A DNA stretch of 63,088 nt, filler included, from Asterionella formosa (Eukaryota): the NCBI GenBank assembly GCA_002256025.1. It is 29 parts of 29 records of this genome, joined end to end, with 100 filler letters (N's around TTAATTAATTAA, not from the genome) between each part and the next. Parts side by side here need not be neighbours in the genome. Positions count along the whole stretch, not along the records: positions 37,082 to 39,158 come from NKIB01000482.1; positions 39,259 to 41,335 come from NKIB01000483.1; positions 41,436 to 43,512 come from NKIB01000484.1; positions 43,613 to 45,689 come from NKIB01000485.1; positions 45,790 to 47,864 come from NKIB01000486.1; positions 47,965 to 50,040 come from NKIB01000487.1; 23 more parts are not named here. The stretch is one strand, 5' to 3'. The stretch's first letter is position 1. Each line of letters starts with the position of its first letter. This document shows positions 37,082 to 49,290 of the stretch, piece after piece. The position numbers and the translations under genes are program-made. The notes under the pieces were generated by a model. That model did no database searches and was not told the DNA's origin. It saw nothing but the letters and a program-made list of their open reading frames with translations.

Positions 37082-37670
37082 AAGTGGCAGCAAGCCCTTC
37101 TGCTTCAGCAAGTGGCACATTGTTGTTGGCATTCGAAGGCAAGTTCTGATGCTCTGTAGGTGCCTTCTTTATCGACTCATCTATAGAAATGGATTCAGTG
37201 GGATTGCTGTCACTTGGTGTTGGCTTTGTTGGGGAAGAGGGATGTTGTCTGTGGTCCCTCTTGGCCTCAACCAGTTTTTGAATATCATTTAGTAAATTAC
37301 TATCAATTGAATCATCTCCGAGTTCAAGTGTAGTCAAGACAGTATTGACCTTGAGAGCCTCTGCAATGGCCTTGGCTCCGTCATCACCAATTGAATTATC
37401 AAAGAGATTAAGTTCAGTCAAGACAGTATTGACCTTGAGAGCCTCTGCAATGGCCTTGGCTCCGTCAACACCAATTGAATTACTATCGAGATCAAGTGTA
37501 GTCAAGACAGTATTGACCTTGAGAGCCTCTGCAATGGCCTTGGCTCCGTCATTACCAATTGAATTCTCATAGAGATAAAGTTCAGTCAAACTTGGATCAT
37601 TCGCTTTCAACCGTTCGACATATTTTTCCAATTCTGTTTCTTTCTTCTTTCGACGAAAAGCTTTTAGCAT
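37082..37670 (-). CDS. NLRC3/RNI-like LRR protein (28-aa repeats), 5' part
   Basis: LKANDPSLTEL, then three 84-bp units LxLxxNSIGxDGAKAIAEALKVNTVLT. Confidence 0.85.
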
Positions 37671-37951
37671 TGTCAATGTCGTCTTGAATGTAATGAGAGT
37701 TGTCTTTGGTTTATTCGGTTTATTCGTGCGACTTCTTTGTTTGGTTCTTGTTCGTGTCTCGTCGTCGTTGTCGTTGTCGTGATTGAATTCTGCTAAAATA
37801 GTTTCTCTATGACTTGTCGCAGAATTCTACGATGCAACTCATTATTGCTCCTGCATGATAGATGGAAAATGCCGAGAATTTTGTCGATCCTCATTGGTAC
37901 CAGGTACCTGGTGAAGTATCTAACTAGAAGTAGTAGTATTTGTTGAATATA

Positions 37952-39158
37952 TGAGCTTATTAATTAATCCTTATGTATAACTCATTTCCTGAACTGACAT
38001 CAAAGTATAGAATAGGTGTTAGTCGAGTTCTCTCATTATTGAATTCCGATATATTTGACATAACCCCAACTCTATATATATCTGTATCGATGTGCAGGAT
38101 TGCTCACTCTCCCACACTTGAGGGAAAACATTTTACCTATGAAAAGGTTTGATACGACGAATATTAATTCGTTCGGTAATATGCATAGTGCGTTGAAAAG
38201 TAACTGTACCATTGGCATGTACTTGAATAATAGTATAAGGACCTCGTCCACGATCATCCAAAGTAGTAGGATTATCCAATAATATTAAAATCTCGTCACC
38301 CACTTTGTAATCATAAGATCGACGACGGAAATTTGCACGACGTAAACGTTCGTCAATTATCACCTGTCGACGTTGATGTATTAATTGTAAATCTGTAATC
38401 AAAGGAATATTTAATATCATATCACGTTGGAAAACCCATGCTCCTGGTGAAATACGTAATATACTATGAATAGTAGCTCGAGCTGCATATGACGCAGCTG
38501 CAAAACATGTATCCACAATATTTTGGGCTTGAAATTCATTGATTGGAGGATGAGCCTTTAACATAACTCGTAGACTATTGCTGATAGATTGATGGAAACG
38601 TTCACAGATAGCATTTGCTTGTGGATTCTTTACTGTGGTAGTCACATCTTTGATTCCATTCAATACTAACATGTGTAAGAAAGGAGCACCAGTAAATTCA
38701 CCTCCATTGTCATGTATACAACGTTCTGGACGGGGATATCTGGCTAACCAATCATTTTCAAATTTCATTGCAATATATTCTGATGTTTTATTGGTGATAC
38801 GTGAAATTTCTGCTAAATTGGTGACTGTGTCAATACAAGTTAGAGCACGAAATTCAATCGTTTGAGCAGCCACTGTTATCTTCCATGGACCAATTAGATC
38901 TACTGCGACTTCTGACCATGGTAATAATAATGCATTCCTGGGTGGAAGTTCACCAAAACCAGTACCAGGTAATTTTGTACGTTGACATGCTTCACATACT
39001 CTTACAATATGTTCCACTCTTGTTTTTAATATAGGGTGATAAAAATGTGTAGCAATTGTAGCATTTAATCTTGTCATACCCACATGAGCTAACATCTGAT
39101 GATACCAATTAATAATAGGATCCAATAATGATGTAGGAATAGCAATACGCCAAGTATC
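37952..39158 (-). mobile_element. Ty3/gypsy 3' end: integrase (38133-39158), purine tract and putative 155-bp 3' LTR (37952-38106)
   Basis: HHCC (YHQMLAH...CEACQ), VAVDLIGPW, IHDNGGEF, NPQANAICER, GPY module. GGGAGAG precedes an LTR bounded by TGAGC...GCTCA. Confidence 0.88.
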
Positions 39159-39258
39159 NNNNNNNNNNNNNNNNNNNNNNNNNNNNNNNNNNNNNNNNNN
39201 NNTTAATTAATTAANNNNNNNNNNNNNNNNNNNNNNNNNNNNNNNNNNNNNNNNNNNN

Positions 39259-40288
39259 TCGAATAAAACTTACCGGTTCATTTTTGTCATCTTAACTTTG
39301 AGAGAAGGTAAACGTTTTGTCAGCTTTGTTCCAACAGAAGTGAATAGGTCCAACGAGCGACAAGAGCACTTACGCAATTTGGTTTTGTTTTACATTGGTG
39401 CTCCCCAACAAGCGAAACGAGCTGTTGAATCAACTGAGAAAAAAGGAAATGTGGCTGCGTTTAGTTAACAATTTGTTGTTGTGCTGCCTGTCTCCCAACG
39501 ATTGTCATCCAAGTACCACATTGATGGCTTCATTATATTACCTTAAACATTCTCCATCCTTCGAAGGCGCAATGTGTCGAAGTCACAATGTTTTTCATTA
39601 TGTATTGCAAAAATTTTCTTTTCTTGTCATGTGCTTTAATACAACGTATCTTATCATGAAGCAGCAGGCATTGTTTGTTAACATGACAGAACGATTTCAA
39701 AAATATATATGCCATGAATATAGTAATAAAATTTGTAAATATATATATATATATATTAAGCGTTGCACATTTTATAAAATTCAAAGGCGCTCTCGATATG
39801 GAACATCTGATATGGTTGAGATGGCCATACTCGCATTTACGTAATTCGAAAATACTCAATGCACTACCGGTATATGTCCATTGTTTTCCACGACTACCGG
39901 TACGTGTACCGGTATTATCTCTGAAATTTGTTTGCATCGATATTTTCTACGTCCGTTGAAACTAATTATTTAGACCGTTCAAATGCCGCAAGGGTTTTGG
40001 TAGCAAATTGTTCAAGCCCCTTTTTTGGGCGGGAGCTCTTCATGTGTACCGGTACATCATATGACAATAACAATGTATCATATATATACAGGGTACCAGT
40101 AGCAGGTAGTAACTGATATACTGGGGGTAGTCGGAGTAGTAAACTAGCAACAGAACACCATATGTTCAGGACTGTTGCTACTGCAGTGGGACAGTAAATC
40201 ATCATAGTTTTAGGATCGTATGATCGTAAAACTAAAAACCAATAGAACACGAAATGTCTATGACTGCTGCTATTGCAGCGGGACAGTA
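39259..40288 (+). repeat. Element AB, right part (copy)
   Basis: High similarity to 34904-36172, with only about 2 subrepeats. Confidence 0.9.
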
Positions 40289-40399
40289 ATTATACCGGGA
40301 AAATTTGGTACATCACCCGTTATCGTGCGTTGCAATGGCCCGCGACAGGGTGGCTGTGGTTATGGAGCAGGGGGTAGAACGCCACAACATGACGAAGTC

Positions 40400-40740
40400 C
40401 CAAGGATCATGAATGGGAAGAAAACTTTGCTGCATTCTGGTGGTACCATTGAACTTGGGAAACAGCAAGGAAGGTTGTATCCCGCCGTATCAAACGGTTT
40501 CGAATAAGAGAAGTTGGAACGAAGAGATGTGACAAGAACTGACCTGACACTTCTGTCCGACTTGGTCGATGGATGTCTCCCGCCTATTTGTAACTTCCTG
40601 CGCAACACAACAAAACTTGCCACAACGACGAATCAAACGGGTTTCGAATATGAGGAGTGGTTGGAACGAAGAGACTTGTCATAAACATGACACTTCTGTC
40701 CGACTCGGTCGATGGAGCAAAAGAAACGACACCAGTGTCC
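40400..40740 (+). pseudogene. Possible degenerate helicase-associated (HA) repeat gene fragment
   Basis: DHEWEENFAA, RRIKR twice and DTSVRLGRW twice, spread across frames. Confidence 0.35.
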
Positions 40741-40864
40741 GGTTATTTGCAAATGGCTGTACTTGATTAAAAACAAACAACCATTTTGTTAGTAACTATT
40801 TATGAGTAAATAAAAATTCTTACTTCCATCTTTCCCCATAGGAATCAAGCAAAAACGAAAGTGG

Positions 40865-41047
40865 TCCTGACGAGGAATACTGTGTCGTCAATCCGGAAAG
40901 TGGGGAACTCATTCGTCTCACAGTAGCCGAAAAGGAGCGTATCTTTCTGGACACGCTTCAGTCCTACGATGCCGCTGGAAGGCAAATGCTCAAGGATGAC
41001 GAGTTTGACCTATTGAAGGAAGATTTGCAATGGAAGAACGGATCTGA
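40865..41047 (+). pseudogene. PGRL1: Second PGRL1 fragment
   Basis: Matches 36375-36553 with 4 substitutions and one 3-bp insertion. Confidence 0.88.
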
Positions 41048-41435
41048 GCATATATATAGCAATTTAGTAGCGAAGTCACTCCGCCTGTAATGTACAAAAG
41101 TCGACAATGCACATACCGGTACTCACACGCTAATCAGGTTTGAGGCAACGGACAGTGGTTCCAACGAACGAATGATGATACCACGGGTACCAATTTTTCC
41201 AACGAAAGAACTTGTCTCTCTATTGATGAGGATGACACGGACACCGACTTTTCCAGGAGCAAACAACAATGAAGAGACCCACTTCGTCTGCGTCGCTCTA
41301 TTGATGGTAACAAAGATGCGGACAAGTTCAACAGTNNNNNNNNNNNNNNNNNNNNNNNNNNNNNNNNNNNNNNNNNNNNTTAATTAATTAANNNNNNNNN
41401 NNNNNNNNNNNNNNNNNNNNNNNNNNNNNNNNNNN

Positions 41436-41865
41436 ATAGGTCCATGTCACACAGCTTGCTCTAGGAACCAACAAACCAACAATCAAGCAGGTATTGTGGA
41501 CAAACAAGCAAACATGGATGTGGATCCTGATAATGAAAGTAACCTTCCAAGACACCAAAACTATATTTGTTGTTTGGTAAGAATGGGAAGTTGGAATCAC
41601 CGAACAAAAAACCAGGAAGGCTTCTATTTACAAGCAGCAGGGAGACAGGGAGCAGGATGAGGAAATATGCATCTACTATTGGCAGCGCAAGGTTGTCTGG
41701 GATGCAGTGGCAACTCTAGCTAGTTTGAGTGGTTACATGGCACATGTAGTCCTGTATTAAATCTATGAGACATATGGTCAGGATAAGATTGTTACTCACA
41801 TTCTCGTCAACCAAATGTTGAAAGGTTGCAGTGGTGGTGGGCATCCACAACTACAGCCGTGTTAA
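41436..41865 (+). mobile_element. Degenerate 3' end of a Crypton (CryptonS-type C-terminal, GCR1_C-like domain)
   Basis: KTIFVVW*EWEVGI...YYWQRKVVWDAVATL..SGYMAHVVLY*IYETYGQDKIVTHIL..M....GGHPQL. Confidence 0.7.
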
Positions 41866-42593
41866 GCTAGATAAATGCGTATACTACTAAATAATAACAT
41901 AAATACTTACTATATGAAATTCAAATTTCATTTTCAATGTACTGTACCTTGTTATTTCATTGCCTGCTTCTTACCTGGTATAAACACCAGACCAGTTGAA
42001 TCAGCAGTACACACAACGAAGCTAGCAAAATCCGGCAACACCAGGTGCTGGCACCTGGAACATACCGTGGTACCAGCTACCGGTACCTGGTACCAGGGTA
42101 CTTCATGCATTGTAACAGCATCGCCCCTGGTACCAGGTACCAGGTACAAGCAACGGTGGCACCGCCCACTCACACACAGTGCATGCTTTGTACGTGCATC
42201 ATGATAGTTAACTAGTGCACTAGCTTTCACAACGACAAAAAAAAGTACCGGTAGTATTGGGGGTAGAATTAATTGTCAATACTGGCACATTATTGACGAA
42301 ATTCTACCAAAGTAGTATTTTTCTGCAGGGCTCCGGTAGTGTTCTACTCTGGACAGGTCAATACTGTCCGGTACCCCTCCCTTGCTTGACCGTGGTGAAA
42401 ATATGGTATAGACAAAGGCAAAAATTCTACCCAGTAGTACTGGGGGTAGAATTTTTTTTCACATTTTGGTAGAATATTCTACCAACGGACCAATGGAACC
42501 CTGCAGTATGCCATGGTATTTTCCAAGAAATTCTACCACGATACAACATGGTATGAAATGGGATTGAAGTAAAAAATTAAACTAAATATCAAC

Positions 42594-43512
42594 ATGGCGA
42601 CAATGCCAACAAGAAGAGTAAATGAACCTACACAATCCCCTGTTTACAAGAGTGTCCTAATTGCTATGATGTCATACAGAGATGGCATAGAATATTCTAA
42701 AAGCTACGAGTTTAGTCCAGAGGAACTTGGGGAAGTTACACCTGAGGATGTCTACAAATGGATGGCTATGAAAGTCTATGGCCGTCCTGATCCAAACAAT
42801 GATGACAATCCAACACATGGCCGGTCTTCTTCCCTGGAATACTACAAAAAGGCATTGTCGTATTTTATGCCAAATCGACTCTCCACTTGGAATGCTATTA
42901 TGCACAGTGGCAATCCAACAAGGTCTGTGCCTGTCAATAATCTCATCAAGGCAGTAAAAAAGAAGGAAGTGCGCAGACAAGGGAAACCATCACAAGCAAG
43001 GCGACCCCTAGAATCCCAAGAGTTCTCCAGTACAATGCATATCCTTCATTCATTCAAGGACAGTATTCATCGGTATCAGTTGCCTGCACTATGTGTCTTT
43101 CAATTCCACATGGTCGGCCGAATTGACGATTGTGTGCAATTAACAAAAATAAACCTAACTGCGAATCTTCGATTTCCTTTCACTCTGATGGCCAAGCTGT
43201 GTTGGACAAAAAACGCTAAAGAAGAGAGGGAGGCACCAAACCAGGTACTCATTGCATCCATGTCGCAAGACTATTGCGTTCTCCTTGCCTTGGCTGTTCA
43301 TCTTGAGACAGAATGTATGGAACAAGGCGCATCACCTGAAAATCCATGGGTGTTTTCGCTACAAACCAACAATCCATCAAATGCTAAAAGAAAGGCCTAT
43401 ACAATTCTGCGTGATGATGTATGGGAAAGTAGTGAGTTCAAACGAATGAACAATGGTTTGATTGGCACACACAGCCTTCGGAAGTACCCATCAACACATG
43501 CACGTCGAAATG
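42594..43512 (+). mobile_element. Crypton (CryptonS-like) tyrosine recombinase, intact ORF, 3' end truncated
   Basis: GRSSSLEYYKKALSYFMPN, SGNPTRS, catalytic-type MVGRIDD, WTKN..EEREAP.Q, GTHSLRK (HxxR). Confidence 0.88.
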
Positions 43513-43612
43513 NNNNNNNNNNNNNNNNNNNNNNNNNNNNNNNNNNNNNNNNNNNNTTAATTAATTAANNNNNNNNNNNNNNNNNNNNNNNNNNNNNNNN
43601 NNNNNNNNNNNN

Positions 43613-45370
43613 GCGGATTTTGCGTAGGGTCCGCTAATATCAATAAACAGTCTTTCTCCTGGTGTCGTAGCCTTCTCTTGCGTCATCTTGGGTACTGCGC
43701 GTGCTTTCGCCTTGGCTGCTGCGCATCCTGCGCACACCTTTAATTTTCCCACAAGTTTCCACCCAAATAATTTCGATGTCTCCTCACGAAGACATTTTTC
43801 TCCCACATGTCCAAGCATTTCATGCGCTTCATTTATTTCCACAATCACATCATTATTTTCGTTAGCGTTTCTTTTCTCGATCGTTTCACTAATCGCTTTT
43901 GTCGTCTTCTACTTTCGTCCATTCACTCTTGTCTTCTTTAGTATCATAGTCGATAGATTGTTGTGTTGGCTTCTCGCTTTCTTGTTCAACCTCCAACACC
44001 GTTTCCTTTAGAATAGGCGTTCCTTGCACATGGTACATTGCACCAATTGTCCTCGTTTCATCACGTTTGCAGATCAAAAATCCGTTGTTGTTTCTGATCG
44101 TCATCTTATCATCGTCAAACATAACTTTATTTTCCTTGTCAATAATTCTCGAAATGCTGATAATGTTCTGCTTGAACTCCGGTGCATAGAGCACATTGGT
44201 GAGTTTCAACACTTTTCCTTTGTCTGTCGTCGTAAGGGTCACCGTACCTGATATGGTCGCAACAATTGCTGCTCCGTTTCCAACAAGTACTGTTTCACGC
44301 ACTGTGCGCTTGTCCTCCATGATGCGCTCGTCATTGCATATATGTACCGTAGCACCACTGTCTAGTAGCTAACAGTCCTTATGCATGCATGTATGATTTA
44401 CCTCTTCATTATACCTTGCCTCACTACACGTCACCACGAACATTCCTTGCATAGTGGTATTGGCGTCTTCTCCCTTCTGCTTGATTGGTGCAGTTTGTTG
44501 ATTGTTGCCCTCACTGGCATAGTGCCCCATCTTCTGGCAATTATAACACTTCACATTCTTTCTCTTACTTTGTTGCTTGGGAGTTAATTCTTTCTTTTCT
44601 GTAGTATTGCCCTGGCTTCGGCAATCAACTGCCTTGTGACCATACTTGCCACACTTCCTGCAGTCTCCCTTAAACTTGCTCTTTGAAAAGAAGGCCTGCT
44701 CGCCATTCTTATTCGTCTTGTTTTCGTCACGCACATACAAATCGTTATAGTTGCGTACATTCTTCATAACCTCTTGGATCGTGAGCTCGGAGCTCGCGAG
44801 ACCAAAATTTTCAACCACCAAACTCTTGTAGACTTCCGGTAGGTTGTTGATAACATGGGCCACATAGGCACCATCCGAAATTGCGGAGCTCGTACAGATC
44901 AATCGTTCTCGAATTCTATCCAACTCCTCAAACCAAATGTTGGGGTTCTCACTCTCGTTAATCGTCTATTTTGTCCATTGACCTGACAATGCAATCACAT
45001 TTGCCATATTACTTGACTCGTACGGAGACACTAACTTGTCCCACGCTTCCTTCGCATTTCCACTGGGGAAATCATCACTTCTGGCACCATTTACTTATCC
45101 AAATGGTCCACTCTGACATGCCATAATCAAACTTGCATAGGCAACCATATTATTTCGTTTCGCACGCTTCTCATTGTTATCACTTGGGACAATCTTCATT
45201 CCAGCTGAATCTCTGCTCTCACCTGGTGATACTTCATCTCCACTTAGGATTCCTTCAAAAACTTTGTAGCAGGCGTAGGCCACAAACTTCGCTTTCCAAA
45301 CATGACACTTGGCATCGGAACCATCAAATGTTGGCAACTGCACTCCTGGCGATTCGTCATCAATTCCCAT
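43613..45370 (-). mobile_element. Ty1/copia gag-pol, degenerate
   Basis: LPTFDG..WKAKF, CRKCGKYGHKAVDC, CYNCQKMGHY, *LLDSGATVH, HEMLGH...CAGC, RLFIDISGP. Same architecture as 6714-8642. Confidence 0.9.
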
Positions 45371-46242
45371 CTTGAGTAGTACCACCCTTTCAAACCTATC
45401 CGCTTTAAAGCATGTTGAAATGGTCCGTACTCCTTCCTGCAGGCTGGGTCTCTCTTCACGTAGACTCTTACGTGCTCGTAGTACTACCTAGTACCACTTT
45501 CTTTCTCTCTTGTCTCTGCTTCTAGCCTTCCTGCTAGATAGACTAATTGACCTTGCTGTCACTTAACACACTGTTTCCTCGGTTGATAATCTAAAACTCA
45601 AATTAAATTATAAGCTAAACTAAATGTTTCCTTTCCATGCATCTTTGCTTCCTGCAAAGTCGTTCTAAGACTCTCTTCGAGTTTCCACTNNNNNNNNNNN
45701 NNNNNNNNNNNNNNNNNNNNNNNNNNNNNNNNNTTAATTAATTAANNNNNNNNNNNNNNNNNNNNNNNNNNNNNNNNNNNNNNNNNNNNCTTTGTCCCAA
45801 CACACAGCAAGTCAGCATTCACTAACATGTTCTTGGCAAATAATACATTGTGTGCAGGTGCTAACACGGAAATGACCAATTTGGCAAAAGAATTGAATTG
45901 AAATCGAATTGGAGAGTGTACCAAAAGGGGAAATTAGCAGAGGATAAAGCCCATCATCAAGGCTGATCAGCATCAGCGAGTTTTCGTTGTGCTTGATAGT
46001 GGCAGTTAAGATGGAACCATCACTCAATCAACTATTTCGTACTGACTTGTTTGGTGCTGTTGTTTTTCCAAGCTTCAAAAGATGCACATGGCACTCACTC
46101 AATTCAATTATGAAAATTTCGATTAGTCTTGAACAATTACGTGTAGAAGGGAGAAATCACTCGATGATCAACCAATATCATAAGTCCAACCACCAAAACA
46201 TTGGGTGTAACTGCCTTTCTTGTAATGTTGCAGGAACCATGA

Positions 46243-47342
46243 TCAAACACTAAAAATGTGGGATGTGTCTGCAAAGACTGCATTCCATGTTTGTGTATCA
46301 GGGTGGGCATCCCGATAGGATTTTGGAAGACCTTCAGCATGATGGATCTTCAACAGGACGCGATAGTCACCAAGGAAGGTAATGCTCCCATCACCGCACA
46401 AAAAGAAAAACTGCGGATAATTTGCACGGACTCCACTAATTCGGCACAGCTCTTGTCGCCTTCGTTTTATTCAAGATGCATGCAGTGAGTTACAGGAATA
46501 CAAAGACAGAAAGATGATAAATGACGGCTTGAAACTACCTACCGAGAACGCTGCATGGGATCCATTCCGTCCACCACTTCAAATGGGACTCTTCTCGCCC
46601 GCAGCAGCGCCAATGCTTCTATTTGCTGATATTCCTTGGCCTCGTCCAAACAGCCTTTGGAAATCAGTACCAAAAGCTTCTTTGAATTATCGACTTCACA
46701 AGCTGCCTCTCTTAACTGAGTGCTTTTTGTCGACACATGTTCTTCACGTCGTTCTTCCGGCGAGACGAACAATCGCACCCCTCGTTGATTCGTACTTCCA
46801 TAGGAACTCATTTGCCTATCATTTGAGAATAATCTTGATGGAGAAGAATGCATGGAACTGCATGCATCTGGTGATCCGCATGATCGATTGTTGCCTTTGC
46901 GAGTACATGCATTTGCTTGATATAGAAGTTGAGGTGACATCAAGCACTCCTTCTCATATTCAAAATTCAGAGTCCCCCTTGAGTTTGCCTCAGACGGAGA
47001 AGCAACTAATTTCTTTTTATCTGCCTCCCATGCCCGTCTCGTATCGATCAAGGCATTCTTTACAGTGGGTAAAATTGTTCGGATATGAGCAGCTTTGGCT
47101 TTTGTCGCAACAAGTCGATTTTTTCCAGTTCTTAAAAAGCGCCGAGGATAGGCATTACAAAAGTATTTCTTGGCTCCTTTTGGAACCAACAGGTAAATAA
47201 AGAAGCCGCCGCAGATTGCGACAAGAGCATTGTTGTGTTGCGATAGTGTGTTGGAGGCATCAATTAACTTGATGTTTTGGGAATCCTCAAACGACCCTTT
47301 CGACAAATCACCGGGAACTGCGGGAAAGTGTAATTCACTCAT
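46243..47342 (-). CDS. Protein with a C-terminal SH3BGR/glutaredoxin-like domain; intron 46460-46542
   Basis: Splicing at CG|GTAGGT...GAAG|G gives LLVLISKG...VPFEVVDGMDPMQRSRRQELCRISGVRANYPQFFF...FLGDY. Confidence 0.75.
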
Positions 47343-47987
47343 TTCTCAAAATAGTACTTGCTTATCGTTGCAGTAAGAAAGAATGCCAACGACAAGCAAT
47401 GGATAAAGAGTAGACCACCAGGTGCCATATAATAACGTTTTCGTCATTGCATATGCCTGTGTCGGTTAGTTCATATCGCATCATCAGGGAGTTCGGGGAA
47501 AGACCGGATCTTGCGAATTTTTGTACGAACAGGGAGACCGGCTCTAGCTATCGTCTTGCCATTCGGTACCTGATACCTGGTACCAGGTACTTCTTATTCA
47601 CACCCTGAATTTTAGGTTAAACCGACACCTAAAAGATGGTCTGTACAAAATGTACACACGAGAACGACTTCTACCTCGGGCGGACCACACCCATCCATAC
47701 CTAATACAGAAAGCACTGATAATACGTTGCAGGGCGGAGCAGATGACAAAAAATATTGTAACTGTAGTATACACACAATATGTAAATTGCGACTCACTAT
47801 CACTTCATTTCAACCTCAACCAAATGATAGAATGTAGATGAAATGAATAGCTAGCTATTAGAAGNNNNNNNNNNNNNNNNNNNNNNNNNNNNNNNNNNNN
47901 NNNNNNNNTTAATTAATTAANNNNNNNNNNNNNNNNNNNNNNNNNNNNNNNNNNNNNNNNNNNNAAGAGCAGGATCTTAGTTGAACT

Positions 47988-48407
47988 TTCAAATGAATTA
48001 TTTGAAACATCAACTAATTCAGTCTCGCGTTCAAAATTCATTGTGAAAACTTCACATGAAACCGTTAAAACTTCACATGAAACCGTTAAAACTTCACATG
48101 AAACCGTTAAAAGTAACCTTTTTACGTGAAGAGTGGCATTAATGCATGTGAAGTACCACATAATTAACACTCGTACGTAAACGAAATTTCGAAAAGTCAA
48201 ATGAATTATTTGAAACATCAACTAATTCAGTCTCGCGTTCAAAATTCATTGTGAAAACTTCACATGAAACAGTTAAAACTTCACATAAAACAGTTAAAAG
48301 TAATCTTTTTTACGTGAAGAGTGGCATTAATGCATGTGAAGTACCACATAATTAACACTCATACGTAGACGAAATTTCGAAAAGTGGCGTATTTCGCGTC
48401 TTAGATG
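47988..48407. repeat. Repeat family C with ~190-210 bp internal duplication and 21-bp subrepeats
   Basis: The TCAAATGAATTATTTGAAACATC unit occurs twice. AAAACTTCACATGAAACCGTT occurs 3 times in the first unit and 2 in the second. Ends CTTAGATG|TA. Confidence 0.9.
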
Positions 48408-48949
48408 TACATCGCTTCATGTGCATACACCAGTACTACAATGTATTCTCCTATCGACGAATATGGGTCATGTATACGACCCGGCGGCTCGGCAAATATT
48501 TGAAAGTGCACCCAAGGAGCGGTACGCGTACCGGTATGTCCAATGATGATCATCTACTGGTACCCGTCGTGAATATAGCACCGGACTGTCAGTACACCCA
48601 AGAAAATGTTAAATGTTAATCCAATGTGGCCAGCGTGGGTTTGCACGACCTCGCAAACCAGGCCAATCAAACAGAGGAATGTACTTCATGCTCACCAATC
48701 ATATTATGTATGTGGAAGCGGGTACTTACAATGGAATTTTTCTGACAGGAGATTTTAGGACTAAAAATTCCGGCACACGACTGCCATTCCAATGATGACG
48801 TTTCGGCACTTAATAATTCTGATTCCGATATTTTGGCGACCGTAGAAAAGGCCGATTTTGTCGAGTTTTTGGACGACGATAGCTAAACGTTGGCCGGGTC
48901 TGATGGCGATTTAGATACATAGGTAACTTTCAAATAGCACCAGTATGTA

Positions 48950-49290
48950 ACTTCTGGCGAGAAACTGCAGAAAGGAACTTCGGTTTTTTTACTATGCCAA
49001 ATAAACAGATTTCCCCCGAATTTTCGAGTCTTTTTAGCATAGCTAAAAAACCGAAGTTCCTTTCTGCAGTTTCTGACCAGATCCTATATACTGACGATAT
49101 ATTGAGTGAACCTACACCCCTACTTTGTCCGAAGACTGTATTTAAGCATATGGAAAGGGTGTCTATTGGTGAAAGCTCCGTTGAGCGTTATACATTTTTA
49201 ATTTATATGTGTAATGTACGTGTTTGATTAGTCTGACTGAATATTATTTTCTTAACCCTACCTCGAGCTAGGGGTTCAAATGCAGCAACC
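48950..49290. mobile_element. Right part of an element related to 13860-15051
   Basis: Perfect 30-bp inverted repeat 48960-48989/49045-49074, subterminal AACCCTA...TAGG(G)GTT hairpin, terminal GCAACC|TTAA. Confidence 0.6.

Noticed and set aside
39395..39959. Short ORFs recurring in AB copies (MCRSHNVF..., MVLPNKRNELL...)
   Set aside because: Stops and frameshifts differ between copies, a TA microsatellite is embedded, and no domain is recognisable.
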